NCBI GenBank assembly: GCA_046754105.1
Contig: JBHHVD010000019.1
Coordinates: 1 to 41,249, forward strand
Direction of reading: 5' to 3'
DNA: 41,249 nt
Origin: Candidatus Krumholzibacteriia bacterium
Lineage (GTDB): Bacteria > Krumholzibacteriota > Krumholzibacteriia > WVZY01
The stretch's first letter is position 1. Each line of letters opens with the position of its first letter. Below the pieces are notes generated by a model. That model saw only the letters and a program-made list of their open reading frames with translations, was not told the DNA's origin and did not search any database. A program made the position numbers and the translations under genes. This document shows, one piece after another, positions 24,516-31,793 of this stretch.

Positions 24516-25823
24516 TCAGAGGTAGCTGGAGATAACTTCCATGCAGCGTTGGGTCGCCCCGCATTGGGACTCCACGTACGCGCGCGCACGCGCGCCGGCA
24601 CCAGCCCGCGCGTTCCGGTCCCTGACGAGTGACGACAGAGTGTCGCACATCCCCACGGCGTTGTGAACCGCGAAGGCGGCCCCTTCCTCCACGAGGCGGA
24701 TCGCCTCGAACGAGTTTCGGTGTACGGGACCGAACACCACCGGAATTCCCATTACGGCGGGCTCGATGACGCTGTGGACGCCGGTCGAGAAACTTCCCCC
24801 GATATAGGCGATGTCGGCCATCGCGTACGCCTCTGCGAGCACACCCACCGTATCCATAATGAGCACCTGGTTGCGACCTGAAGCGGGGGAGAGGCTGTGC
24901 CGGTGTTTCCAGGTCGTTGTTTCCAGGCCCTGGGAACGTGCCCAGTGCGTCAACCCGGCCACCCGCTCGGCCTCCGGTTCATGGGGCGCAATGACCAGCA
25001 GGAGGCTCTTCTCCGCCGCGGCCAGCCTGGCCAGCGCCGGCAGAAGGCGCGCCTCGTCTTTCGGCCACGTGCTACCGGCCAGGACGACGGTGCGGCCGCC
25101 CTTTTCGAACGGGTCCGCCGATCGCAGGTGGTTGCGCTTGCGTTCCATGACGCGGTCGAAGCGTGTGTCGCCGGCAACCGAAATGCCCCGGTGATCCGGG
25201 ACGCATGCCAAGAAGCGACGCGCATCCCGTTCGGAGATGGCGAGGATCCTGTCCAGGCCGTCGTAGACCGCGCGGTAGAACCGCCGGCCAAGCGCCTTGA
25301 AGCGGTAGGAGCTCTCGCTCAGGGTCGCGTCGATGAGAATCGTGGAAGTCCCCCGCGTGCGCGCCTCCCAGATCAGGTTCGGCCACAGGTCGAACTTGAC
25401 GAAGACGAGGAGCCTCGGTTCGAGAGTGGCCAGGCAGAAGCGGGCGTTGCCCAGGGAATCCAGCGGCAAGTAGTCGATGAACCCGACGTTGCCCGCGCCG
25501 TTCCGTCGCTCCTGGTTCGTGGCGTAGCCGAGTCCCGACGGTGAAGAAAACGTGACGGCCACCGGTATCTCGGGGTACCGCCGCTCGATGTCGCCGATGA
25601 CCGGCCGCGCCTGCTCGTACTCGCCGACGCTCGAGACGTGGAACCAGATCGGTCGTGCCGTCAGCCGCGCCGCCCCTCCCGACCAGCGCCAGCGTATGTT
25701 CCTGCGGCCGTCGATCGCCTCGCGAAGTTTCGCGTTCATTCGCGCCGCCGCCGGAAAAAGGCCGTAGGCGAGCGGCACCACGAGGCCGTTGTACATGAGT
25801 CTCTGGATCGAGTGATTTGACAT
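24516..25823 (-). CDS. waaA: 3-deoxy-D-manno-octulosonic acid (Kdo) transferase
   Basis: IWFHVSSVGE, TFSSPSG, YLPLD, KFDLWPN, GDTRFD, AGSTW, IAPHE, GVLAEAY...YIGGSF...HSVIEPA...FGP. Confidence 0.92.
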   Translation of the reverse strand: MSNHSIQRLMYNGLVVPLAYGLFPAAARMNAKLREAIDGRRNIRWRWSGGAARLTARPIWFHVSSVGEYEQARPVIGDIERRYPEIPVAVTFSSPSGLGYATNQERRNGAGNVGFIDYLPLDSLGNARFCLATLEPRLLVFVKFDLWPNLIWEARTRGTSTILIDATLSESSYRFKALGRRFYRAVYDGLDRILAISERDARRFLACVPDHRGISVAGDTRFDRVMERKRNHLRSADPFEKGGRTVVLAGSTWPKDEARLLPALARLAAAEKSLLLVIAPHEPEAERVAGLTHWARSQGLETTTWKHRHSLSPASGRNQVLIMDTVGVLAEAYAMADIAYIGGSFSTGVHSVIEPAVMGIPVVFGPVHRNSFEAIRLVEEGAAFAVHNAVGMCDTLSSLVRDRNARAGAGARARAYVESQCGATQRCMEVISSYL

Positions 25824-25838
25824 CGTGCGAATGCCCGG

Positions 25839-26855
25839 TTACGGGACGGCGTAGCGCTGCTCGTTGCGCCCCTCCACCAGGTCGGTGAACGCCTCGGCGA
25901 CCGCCTCGGCGGGAATCGCCGCCAGACATTCCTGCGTACCCTTTGGGCACTTTCGCGAGCCGTTTCGCGAGCACGGCCGGCAAGCAATATCGCGCTCTAC
26001 CACGCGGCTGGCCGGCAGGGTTGGGTAGTAGCCAAACGCCTCGACCGTCGGTCCGAACAGGGCGATGACGGGCACGCCCACCGCCTCGGCAAGGTGCATC
26101 AGTCCCGAGTCATTACCGATGAACGTCACCGCTCCCTGGATGACCGCCGCCGCCTCCATGACGCTCGTGTTACCCACGAGGTTGGTGACTTGCCCCGCGA
26201 GGGAGGCGGCGATGCGCTCTGCCGGCGGGGCATCCCGCGCGTCGCCGACGAGCACGACATGGCAATCGTGTTCCCTCGCGATGTACTGTGCCAGCGCGGC
26301 AAACTTGTCCGTGCCCCAGCGTTTCATCGGCCAGCGGCTCCCCGGGGCGACCACGACTCTCTTCGTCGGCAATCGATGGCGGGACATTCGCGCCACGGCC
26401 GCCGCCGGCACCTTGATGCCGCCGGTGGTCTCGGCCATTGCGGGCAGACCGAATCGTCTTCCCAACTCCTCGTAACGCTCGCTCATGGTGGGGGTTTCCC
26501 GGCGGCGTTTGAAGAGGATGAGACCGGCGCGTCGCCGGTAGTATTTTCGTATCGTGGCGTCGGCCCCACCCAGGCCCCGGGCGACGAGACGGCTGCGCAT
26601 CGTGTTGTGAGCGTCGATTACGGCGTAGCCATCGTGGCGATGGCTGCCGACGAGCTGGCGCACGCCCCTCCAGCCCGACCGCCGATCGAGCGCGATGAGA
26701 CTGTCCACGCCGCTTGCGGAAGCGAACAACTCGACGTAATCCGTGCTGGTAACGACGGAGACTTCATCGGCGCACTGGGCCTTGAGATGGGCCAGAAACG
26801 GGCACAGCAGGATGCAGTCACCGAGCGAGCTGAAGCGTATGATCCGGAATTTCAT
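25839..26855 (-). CDS. Glycosyltransferase family 9 (LPS heptosyltransferase, WaaF/RfaF-like)
   Basis: IRFSSLGDCIL, APGSRWPMKRW, FIGNDSGLMHLAEAVGVPVIALFGPT, Cys-rich CRPCS...CP...CL. Confidence 0.92.
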   Translation of the reverse strand: MKFRIIRFSSLGDCILLCPFLAHLKAQCADEVSVVTSTDYVELFASASGVDSLIALDRRSGWRGVRQLVGSHRHDGYAVIDAHNTMRSRLVARGLGGADATIRKYYRRRAGLILFKRRRETPTMSERYEELGRRFGLPAMAETTGGIKVPAAAVARMSRHRLPTKRVVVAPGSRWPMKRWGTDKFAALAQYIAREHDCHVVLVGDARDAPPAERIAASLAGQVTNLVGNTSVMEAAAVIQGAVTFIGNDSGLMHLAEAVGVPVIALFGPTVEAFGYYPTLPASRVVERDIACRPCSRNGSRKCPKGTQECLAAIPAEAVAEAFTDLVEGRNEQRYAVP

Positions 26856-26892
26856 CGGCTATCCGTTTTGCGCAAAGCCTGCGACGGGGGCC

Positions 26893-26921
26893 ATTCTGGC
26901 AGGTCACCCGCACCCTGTCAA
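26893..26921 (-). promoter_or_regulatory. Sigma70 promoter for the GT9-waaA-radical SAM operon
   Basis: Minus strand TTGACA (26921-26916) - 17 nt - CAGAAT (26898-26893), with extended -10 TGn. Confidence 0.65.
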
Positions 26922-27009
26922 CCGAGCCGCGGGTGGCTCGGAGGCGACGGTCGTCGGCGACGTTCCCGGTTGCGTTGCGGAACGGCGCACGGAGCGGACC
27001 GTTTGCGAG

Positions 27010-27120
27010 AAAACACATATTATTGAAATATTCCGTTGAATACGGCATATTATTTGATTAACTTGAGTATGTCCGCAAAACAGCGGCCAGTGCATAATTA
27101 TTTACTACGAAATGAATGAA
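27010..27120 (+). promoter_or_regulatory. AT-rich promoter/operator region upstream of the XRE-cupin pair
   Basis: Markedly AT-rich in a GC-rich background. TTGAAT (27036-27041) - 17 nt - TAACTT; CATATTATT direct repeat at 27016 and 27046. Confidence 0.5.
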
Positions 27121-27136
27121 CTCGAAAGCGAATCGA

Positions 27137-27697
27137 ATGCCCAGCACGAAGGAACTCGGGAAACGCCTCAAACGGTACCGGCTGGCGAAGAATCTTACCC
27201 TGAAGCAAGTCGAGTTCAAGGCGAAGGTGTCGGCGACCCACGTCTCGGAGATCGAACGTGGCATGACGTCGCCCACCGTCGGGGCGCTGGTGAAGATCAC
27301 CAGGGCGCTGGGAACCGAGCCTTCGTACTTTCTCAGGCGTGACGCCTATCCTTCGATCTCGATCGTGCGCAAGCACAAGCGCAGGGTGCTGGGGTACGAC
27401 AATTGGGGGGCGAGGATCCACTGCCTCTCGGGTGGTATCCGCGGGGCACGGATGTCGTTCCTCGAAGTCGAACTGGCACCGGGAATAACGCGCGAGACCG
27501 AGCCTTTGACCCATACCGGCGAGGAATTCGTACACATCCTGAAAGGGGTCGTGGAAACCCACGTGGGTTCGGACCGCCACCTGTTGAAGGAGGGGGACAG
27601 CCTTCACTTTCACTCGAACGAGCCGCACACGATCCGCAATATCGGTGACGGGTCCGCCAGGGTCTTGTGGGTGGCGTCACCGATGTTTCATCTGTAG
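27137..27697 (+). CDS. XRE-family HTH transcriptional regulator with cupin domain (1)
   Basis: LGKRLKRYRLAKNLTLKQV...SATHVSEIERGMTSPT; cupin HTGEEFVHILKG...GDSLHFHSNEPH. Start ATG 27137 (or 27116). Confidence 0.92.
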   Translation: MPSTKELGKRLKRYRLAKNLTLKQVEFKAKVSATHVSEIERGMTSPTVGALVKITRALGTEPSYFLRRDAYPSISIVRKHKRRVLGYDNWGARIHCLSGGIRGARMSFLEVELAPGITRETEPLTHTGEEFVHILKGVVETHVGSDRHLLKEGDSLHFHSNEPHTIRNIGDGSARVLWVASPMFHL

Positions 27698-27727
27698 ACG
27701 GCGGCAACGGCCGCGGGAGAAAACGAC

Positions 27728-28291
27728 GTGTTCGACAAGGCGAAACTGGGCAGGCGCATCAAGAAGGTGCGCGAGAACAAGCACCTGACACTGAAGAATA
27801 TCGAAGCCGCCGCGGGCATTTCCGCCACGCACATCTCGGAGATCGAGCGCGGCAAGACGTCGCCCACCCTGCGCGCCCTCATCCGGATTGCCGAGGCGAT
27901 GGGGAAGGACCCGGCGTACTTCGTGGAATCAGAAGACCTCGGCGAGACGTCGCTCATCACGCTGGAAAACCGAATCCAGGAGTCCATGCCCGGAGTGGCC
28001 GGGACCCTCGAGCGTTTGACCTCCTCGATACCCGGCGGGCGTCTCCAGGGCTGTATCGTGAACCTTGAGGCGGGGGGCGATACCCCGTGGCAACCGGCGA
28101 CGCACGACGGGAACGAGGCGGCTCTGGTCCTGGCCGGCAGGGTTGTGCTGGCATACGGAGAGGACCGCCACGAGCTCGCCGAAGGGGACTCGGTCTTCTA
28201 CGGCGGACTCGATCCGCACAGCTACGCCAACGCTGCACCGGCGGGGACGGCGACGATAATCTGGATGTGCACGGAGCGAGGCGTCATCTGA
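27728..28291 (+). CDS. XRE-family HTH transcriptional regulator with cupin domain (2)
   Basis: RBS GGAGA and GTG start. LGRRIKKVRENKHLTLKNI...SATHISEIERGKTSPT; cupin HDGNEAALVLAG...GDSVFYGGLDPH. Confidence 0.92.
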   Translation: MFDKAKLGRRIKKVRENKHLTLKNIEAAAGISATHISEIERGKTSPTLRALIRIAEAMGKDPAYFVESEDLGETSLITLENRIQESMPGVAGTLERLTSSIPGGRLQGCIVNLEAGGDTPWQPATHDGNEAALVLAGRVVLAYGEDRHELAEGDSVFYGGLDPHSYANAAPAGTATIIWMCTERGVI

Positions 28292-28312
28292 GATGCTAAA
28301 CCATTGGTTTGT

Positions 28313-28345
28313 AACCCCATCCTCACCGTAGGGTGGGGTTTTTTT
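28313..28345 (+). terminator. Rho-independent terminator after the XRE pair
   Basis: AACCCCATCCT-CACCGT-AGGGTGGGGTT stem (one G-U pair) followed by a T tract. Confidence 0.85.
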
Positions 28346-28346
28346 G

Positions 28347-28376
28347 TTGACAGCTTTTCGGAGGTGTTTCTAGTAT
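28347..28376 (+). promoter_or_regulatory. Sigma70 promoter for DUF1844/ompA
   Basis: TTGACA (28347-28352) - 18 nt - TAGTAT (28371-28376), directly after the terminator. Confidence 0.65.
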
Positions 28377-28410
28377 CTCCCAGCGCATTTTTCGGTGCCT
28401 ACGGGGCGGT

Positions 28411-28426
28411 TGGTACCCTTTTTGCA
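28411..28426 (+). promoter_or_regulatory. Putative sigma54 (-24/-12) promoter
   Basis: TGGTAC-CCTTT-TTGCA; GG and GC are 12 nt apart, as in the TGGCAC-N5-TTGCW consensus. Confidence 0.45.
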
Positions 28427-28442
28427 TTTGGAGGCGATCTGA

Positions 28443-28811
28443 TTGGTCGAAAGCGATCGTAGCCCGCCACACGACGAGTTTCTTTTCCTTCAGATTGTCT
28501 CGATGTATCAGCTGGCTGCGATGCAGCAATTGGGCAAGATCATGAACCCGGTGACCAACGCCGTCGAAAAGGACCTGGACCAGGCAAAGTTTTCCATCGA
28601 TACCGTCGAGGTGCTGAAACGAAAGACCAGCGGAAATCTCTCGAAGGCCGAAGAAGAGTTTCTGAACAAGGTATTGTTCGAGTTACAGATGAACTACGTT
28701 GAAGAGCTCGAAGCCACGAAGAAAGAGGCCGAAAAAGCAAAGGGTGGTGGAGAAAACGCGGAGGATGACGGGCGTGCGGAAGAGGAGCCACTCAACGACG
28801 AAAAGGATTGA
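28443..28811 (+). CDS. DUF1844-family protein
   Basis: RBS GGAGG and TTG start. FLQIVSMYQLAAMQQLGKIMNPVT...DLDQAKFSIDTVEVLKRKTSGNLSKAEEEFLNKVLFELQMNYV. Confidence 0.85.
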   Translation: MVESDRSPPHDEFLFLQIVSMYQLAAMQQLGKIMNPVTNAVEKDLDQAKFSIDTVEVLKRKTSGNLSKAEEEFLNKVLFELQMNYVEELEATKKEAEKAKGGGENAEDDGRAEEEPLNDEKD

Positions 28812-28932
28812 TTCAGCGGACGCTGAAACTCGATGTATTCACGCGCCGGCAGGAGCCGCGCACGGGCACTGCCCGGGCGAGGGACTTCGTCCTGCGGCGC
28901 ACGATTTGAAGTACGAAAGGAGATCAACCGAT

Positions 28933-30795
28933 ATGAAAAGGATTCTTGGCATACTTGCCGTGGCCGTGATCGTGACGGCGGCGCTGCCGGTGTTCGCCGG
29001 TGTGGGTTTTCATGGTACCAGGGGGCTCATCCGCACCCGCTCGGCGGACACGATCGGGAAGGGGATGTTGAGTTTTCAACTTTCAACGCACTACTTCCAG
29101 AATAACGAGCAACAGGATTCGCTCGGTATCGGCAGTTTTCCGGGCATTGGGACCATCACAATTCCCACCACGGTCGATTATCACTTCTTTATTTCGCGGG
29201 CGTCGTTGACCTACGGCCTGAGCGACTTTCTGGAGGTAAGCGGCAACCTGGACGTGCGCAACTGGATACGAAACCCGGAGGACCGGGTCGGCCAGAATCT
29301 GGATGTTGTGACCCGCGGAGGGATCGGCGATACGCAGGTCAACGCCAAGTTGGGTGTTCCCCTGCCGACACCGGCGTTCAAGCTTGGAATGGCCGGCGAG
29401 GTGAGCTTCCCAACGGGGAGCGATGAAAGAAGGTTTTCCACGGAGGAGACCGAGTTCTTGTTGATGGGTCTCGCAACGCTCGATTTCACGGACCTGGACG
29501 CATTCGTGCCGACGAGGTTCCACTTGAACGCGGGCTATCAGTGGAATCGAAACGAGACCAGGGGTTACGGTATTTTCGATCCCACCGAACCCGATTCTTC
29601 GGGGTTCGGCCCGCCGAGTTACCCGGCGGTGCCGCCCGGGCAGGACGACACGTACAACGACTTGTTCCTGTTCAACGCGGCGATCGAGTTCCCCGCACCG
29701 CAGGTGACGTTCTTTCTGGAATTCGATTGGCAGAACTTCATCAACATCGATTCGCTGCCGTCCGGCGTCAGCGACAACATTCTGACGCTCACCCCAGGGA
29801 TCTCGATTCCGATGGCGAACGGTTTCGAAATCACCGGTGCCGGCGACATCAACCTCAACAGTGGTGACACGCCCTCACTGGCGGGACCTCCGGATTGGGG
29901 GTTGTGGTTGATGTTGTCCAAGCAGGGCGCCGTGGTGCCCCAGGATCTGGACAAGGACGGCATCCCGGACGACGAGGACCAGTGTCCCGATCAACCGGAG
30001 GACCTGGACGGCTTTCAGGATGACGACGGCTGTCCCGACCTCGACAACGATGGAGACGGCGTGCCGGACTTCGACGACAAGTGCCCCGATCTGCCCGAGG
30101 ATTTCGAGGGCTTCGAAGACCAGGACGGCTGCCCCGATCTCGATAACGATCAGGATGGTATCCCCGACGTCGACGATCGCTGCCCCAACGAGCCCGAGGA
30201 TTTCGACGGCGATCAGGATGAAGACGGTTGTCCCGACCTGGTCAAGGACAGCGACAACGACGGTGTTCCCGACGATCTCGACCGTTGCCCGTTGCAGGCG
30301 GAGGACGTCGACGGGTTCCAGGACGAGGATGGGTGCCCCGATCTCGATAACGACCTCGACGGTATCCCGGATACGGATGACAAGTGCCCGAACGCGCCGG
30401 AGGCGTTCAACGGCTTCGAGGACGAGGACGGTTGCCCGGACGAGAGACCGATCGAGCAGCAGTTCATCCTGCAGGGTGTGACCTTCGAGAGCGGAAGTGC
30501 GGCTCTGACGCCCGATTCGTACCGGGTGCTCGACGAAGTCGTCAGGTCTCTGATGGCCTACCCCGAAGTGCGCGTGGAGATCCAGGGATACACGGATAGT
30601 GTCGGCAAGGCCGGTTACAATCTCGGCCTGTCGGATCGCCGCGCAGGTGCGGTAAAACAGTATCTCGTCAACGCCGGGATCGACCCGTCGAGACTCGTGG
30701 CACGGGGATACGGTGAGGAGAATCCGATCGCCAGCAACTCCACGCCGGGTGGACGCGCCCAGAACCGGCGGATCGAGTTCAAGCGTCTGAACTAG
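28933..30795 (+). CDS. OmpA-family outer-membrane protein with thrombospondin type-3 (Ca-binding) repeats
   Basis: RBS AAGGAG and ATG 28933; signal peptide; beta-barrel-like N-terminal half; TSP3 repeats; OmpA_C domain GVTFESGSA...EIQGYTDSVG...NLGLSDRRA...GYGEENP...NRRIEF. Confidence 0.92.
   Translation: MKRILGILAVAVIVTAALPVFAGVGFHGTRGLIRTRSADTIGKGMLSFQLSTHYFQNNEQQDSLGIGSFPGIGTITIPTTVDYHFFISRASLTYGLSDFLEVSGNLDVRNWIRNPEDRVGQNLDVVTRGGIGDTQVNAKLGVPLPTPAFKLGMAGEVSFPTGSDERRFSTEETEFLLMGLATLDFTDLDAFVPTRFHLNAGYQWNRNETRGYGIFDPTEPDSSGFGPPSYPAVPPGQDDTYNDLFLFNAAIEFPAPQVTFFLEFDWQNFINIDSLPSGVSDNILTLTPGISIPMANGFEITGAGDINLNSGDTPSLAGPPDWGLWLMLSKQGAVVPQDLDKDGIPDDEDQCPDQPEDLDGFQDDDGCPDLDNDGDGVPDFDDKCPDLPEDFEGFEDQDGCPDLDNDQDGIPDVDDRCPNEPEDFDGDQDEDGCPDLVKDSDNDGVPDDLDRCPLQAEDVDGFQDEDGCPDLDNDLDGIPDTDDKCPNAPEAFNGFEDEDGCPDERPIEQQFILQGVTFESGSAALTPDSYRVLDEVVRSLMAYPEVRVEIQGYTDSVGKAGYNLGLSDRRAGAVKQYLVNAGIDPSRLVARGYGEENPIASNSTPGGRAQNRRIEFKRLN
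29944..30441 (+). repeat. Five coding TSP3-like repeats (~99 nt / ~33 aa) inside the OmpA gene
   Basis: Unit D-x-D-x-DG(I/V)PD-x2-D-x-CP-x2-(P/A)E-x3-G-x2-D-x-DGCP occurs five times. Confidence 0.9.
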
Positions 30796-30826
30796 CAGGC
30801 GCGTTGCCGCAGGGGAGCGGTGGAAG

Positions 30827-30865
30827 CGAAGAAGGGGAAACCGGTGAACGGTTTCCCCTTCTTCG
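30827..30865. terminator. Hairpin between convergent ompA and mazG, probable bidirectional terminator
   Basis: Perfect 17-bp inverted repeat CGAAGAAGGGGAAACCG - GTGAA - CGGTTTCCCCTTCTTCG. Confidence 0.75.
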
Positions 30866-30890
30866 TGGCCGGTTTCTTAGTCGGGGCCCG

Positions 30891-31682
30891 CTACTCGAGC
30901 CGTTTACCGCGCTGCCAGTAACTCTCCATTTCGTCGATATCCAGTTCCGCCAGTTTCCTGCCGTCGTGTTGCACAAGTTTTTCCATGGCCCTGTAGCGGC
31001 GGATGAACTTGGCATTGGCGGCGGCCAGTACGCGTTCGCCGTCGACGTTCAGAAAACGGCTCAAATTGAGAACCGAGAAAAGCAGGTCACCGAGCTCATC
31101 TTCCGTTTCGGCCCGGGACGCGCCGGACAGCGCACCCTCTATTTCACCAAGCTCCTCGCGAATTTTCGCCACAATACCGGCAGTGTCGCTCCAATCGAAT
31201 CCTGACCGGGCCGCGAGTTTTTGGATCTTTTCCGCGCGGCGCATCGGCGGCAGGTTGTCCGGCACGTCCGCGAACAGATCGTCGCGATCCGCCTCGTCCC
31301 GCGCTCTCTTCTCCTGTGCCTTTACGCTTTCCCAGTGACCAAGGCCCTCTTCGCGGGTCAGGGCGATGGCGTCGCCGAAGACGTGCGGGTGGCGGCGCTC
31401 GATCTTTTCGTGGGCGTGGGCGGCCAGGCTCTGCAGCGTTACGCCGGGGTGTTCCTCGTGGAGGAGAATGATGGCAAACACGAGCACGAACAGGACATCG
31501 CCCGCTTCGTCCAGGACGTCTTCGCCCGTCCGGTGGGCGTACGCCCACTGCAGTTCGTACGCTTCCTCAATGAGGTCGGAAAGGATATCGTCCGGCCGCT
31601 GGGCGCGGTCCCACGGACACCCCCCATCGCCCCTGAGGACGGCGATGATCTCGAACAACTTTTCCAGGGCGTCCGCTTGCAC
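30891..31682 (-). CDS. mazG: Nucleoside triphosphate pyrophosphohydrolase MazG
   Basis: LRGDGGCPWDRAQ, LIEEAYEL, DEAGDVLF, RRHPHVFG, GFDW, KIREELGE, DELGDLLFS, ANAKFIRRY. Start GTG 31682 or ATG 31694. Confidence 0.92.
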   Translation of the reverse strand: MQADALEKLFEIIAVLRGDGGCPWDRAQRPDDILSDLIEEAYELQWAYAHRTGEDVLDEAGDVLFVLVFAIILLHEEHPGVTLQSLAAHAHEKIERRHPHVFGDAIALTREEGLGHWESVKAQEKRARDEADRDDLFADVPDNLPPMRRAEKIQKLAARSGFDWSDTAGIVAKIREELGEIEGALSGASRAETEDELGDLLFSVLNLSRFLNVDGERVLAAANAKFIRRYRAMEKLVQHDGRKLAELDIDEMESYWQRGKRLE

Positions 31683-31734
31683 GCCCAGTAGCATACGGTC
31701 CGGCGGGGTTCGAAAACAAGCCCGGAATTACCGG

Positions 31735-31764
31735 TTGATGCGAGGCAGCGAAAGCAGCTAAAAT
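31735..31764 (+). promoter_or_regulatory. Putative sigma70 promoter for uvrA-galE
   Basis: TTGATG (31735-31740) - 18 nt - TAAAAT (31759-31764). Confidence 0.45.
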
Positions 31765-31793
31765 GAGCGTTTACCTACCGGAAAGGACAACCG

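Noticed and set aside
29944..30441. Periodic ~99-nt repeats as a possible CRISPR array
   Set aside because: The repeats are degenerate at synonymous positions, in frame within ompA, and have no repeat-spacer structure or cas genes.
31695..31793. LexA/SOS box upstream of uvrA
   Set aside because: No match seen to the LexA motifs I know (CTGT-N8-ACAG, GAAC-N4-GTTC, GTTC-N7-GTTC). A lineage-specific box cannot be excluded.
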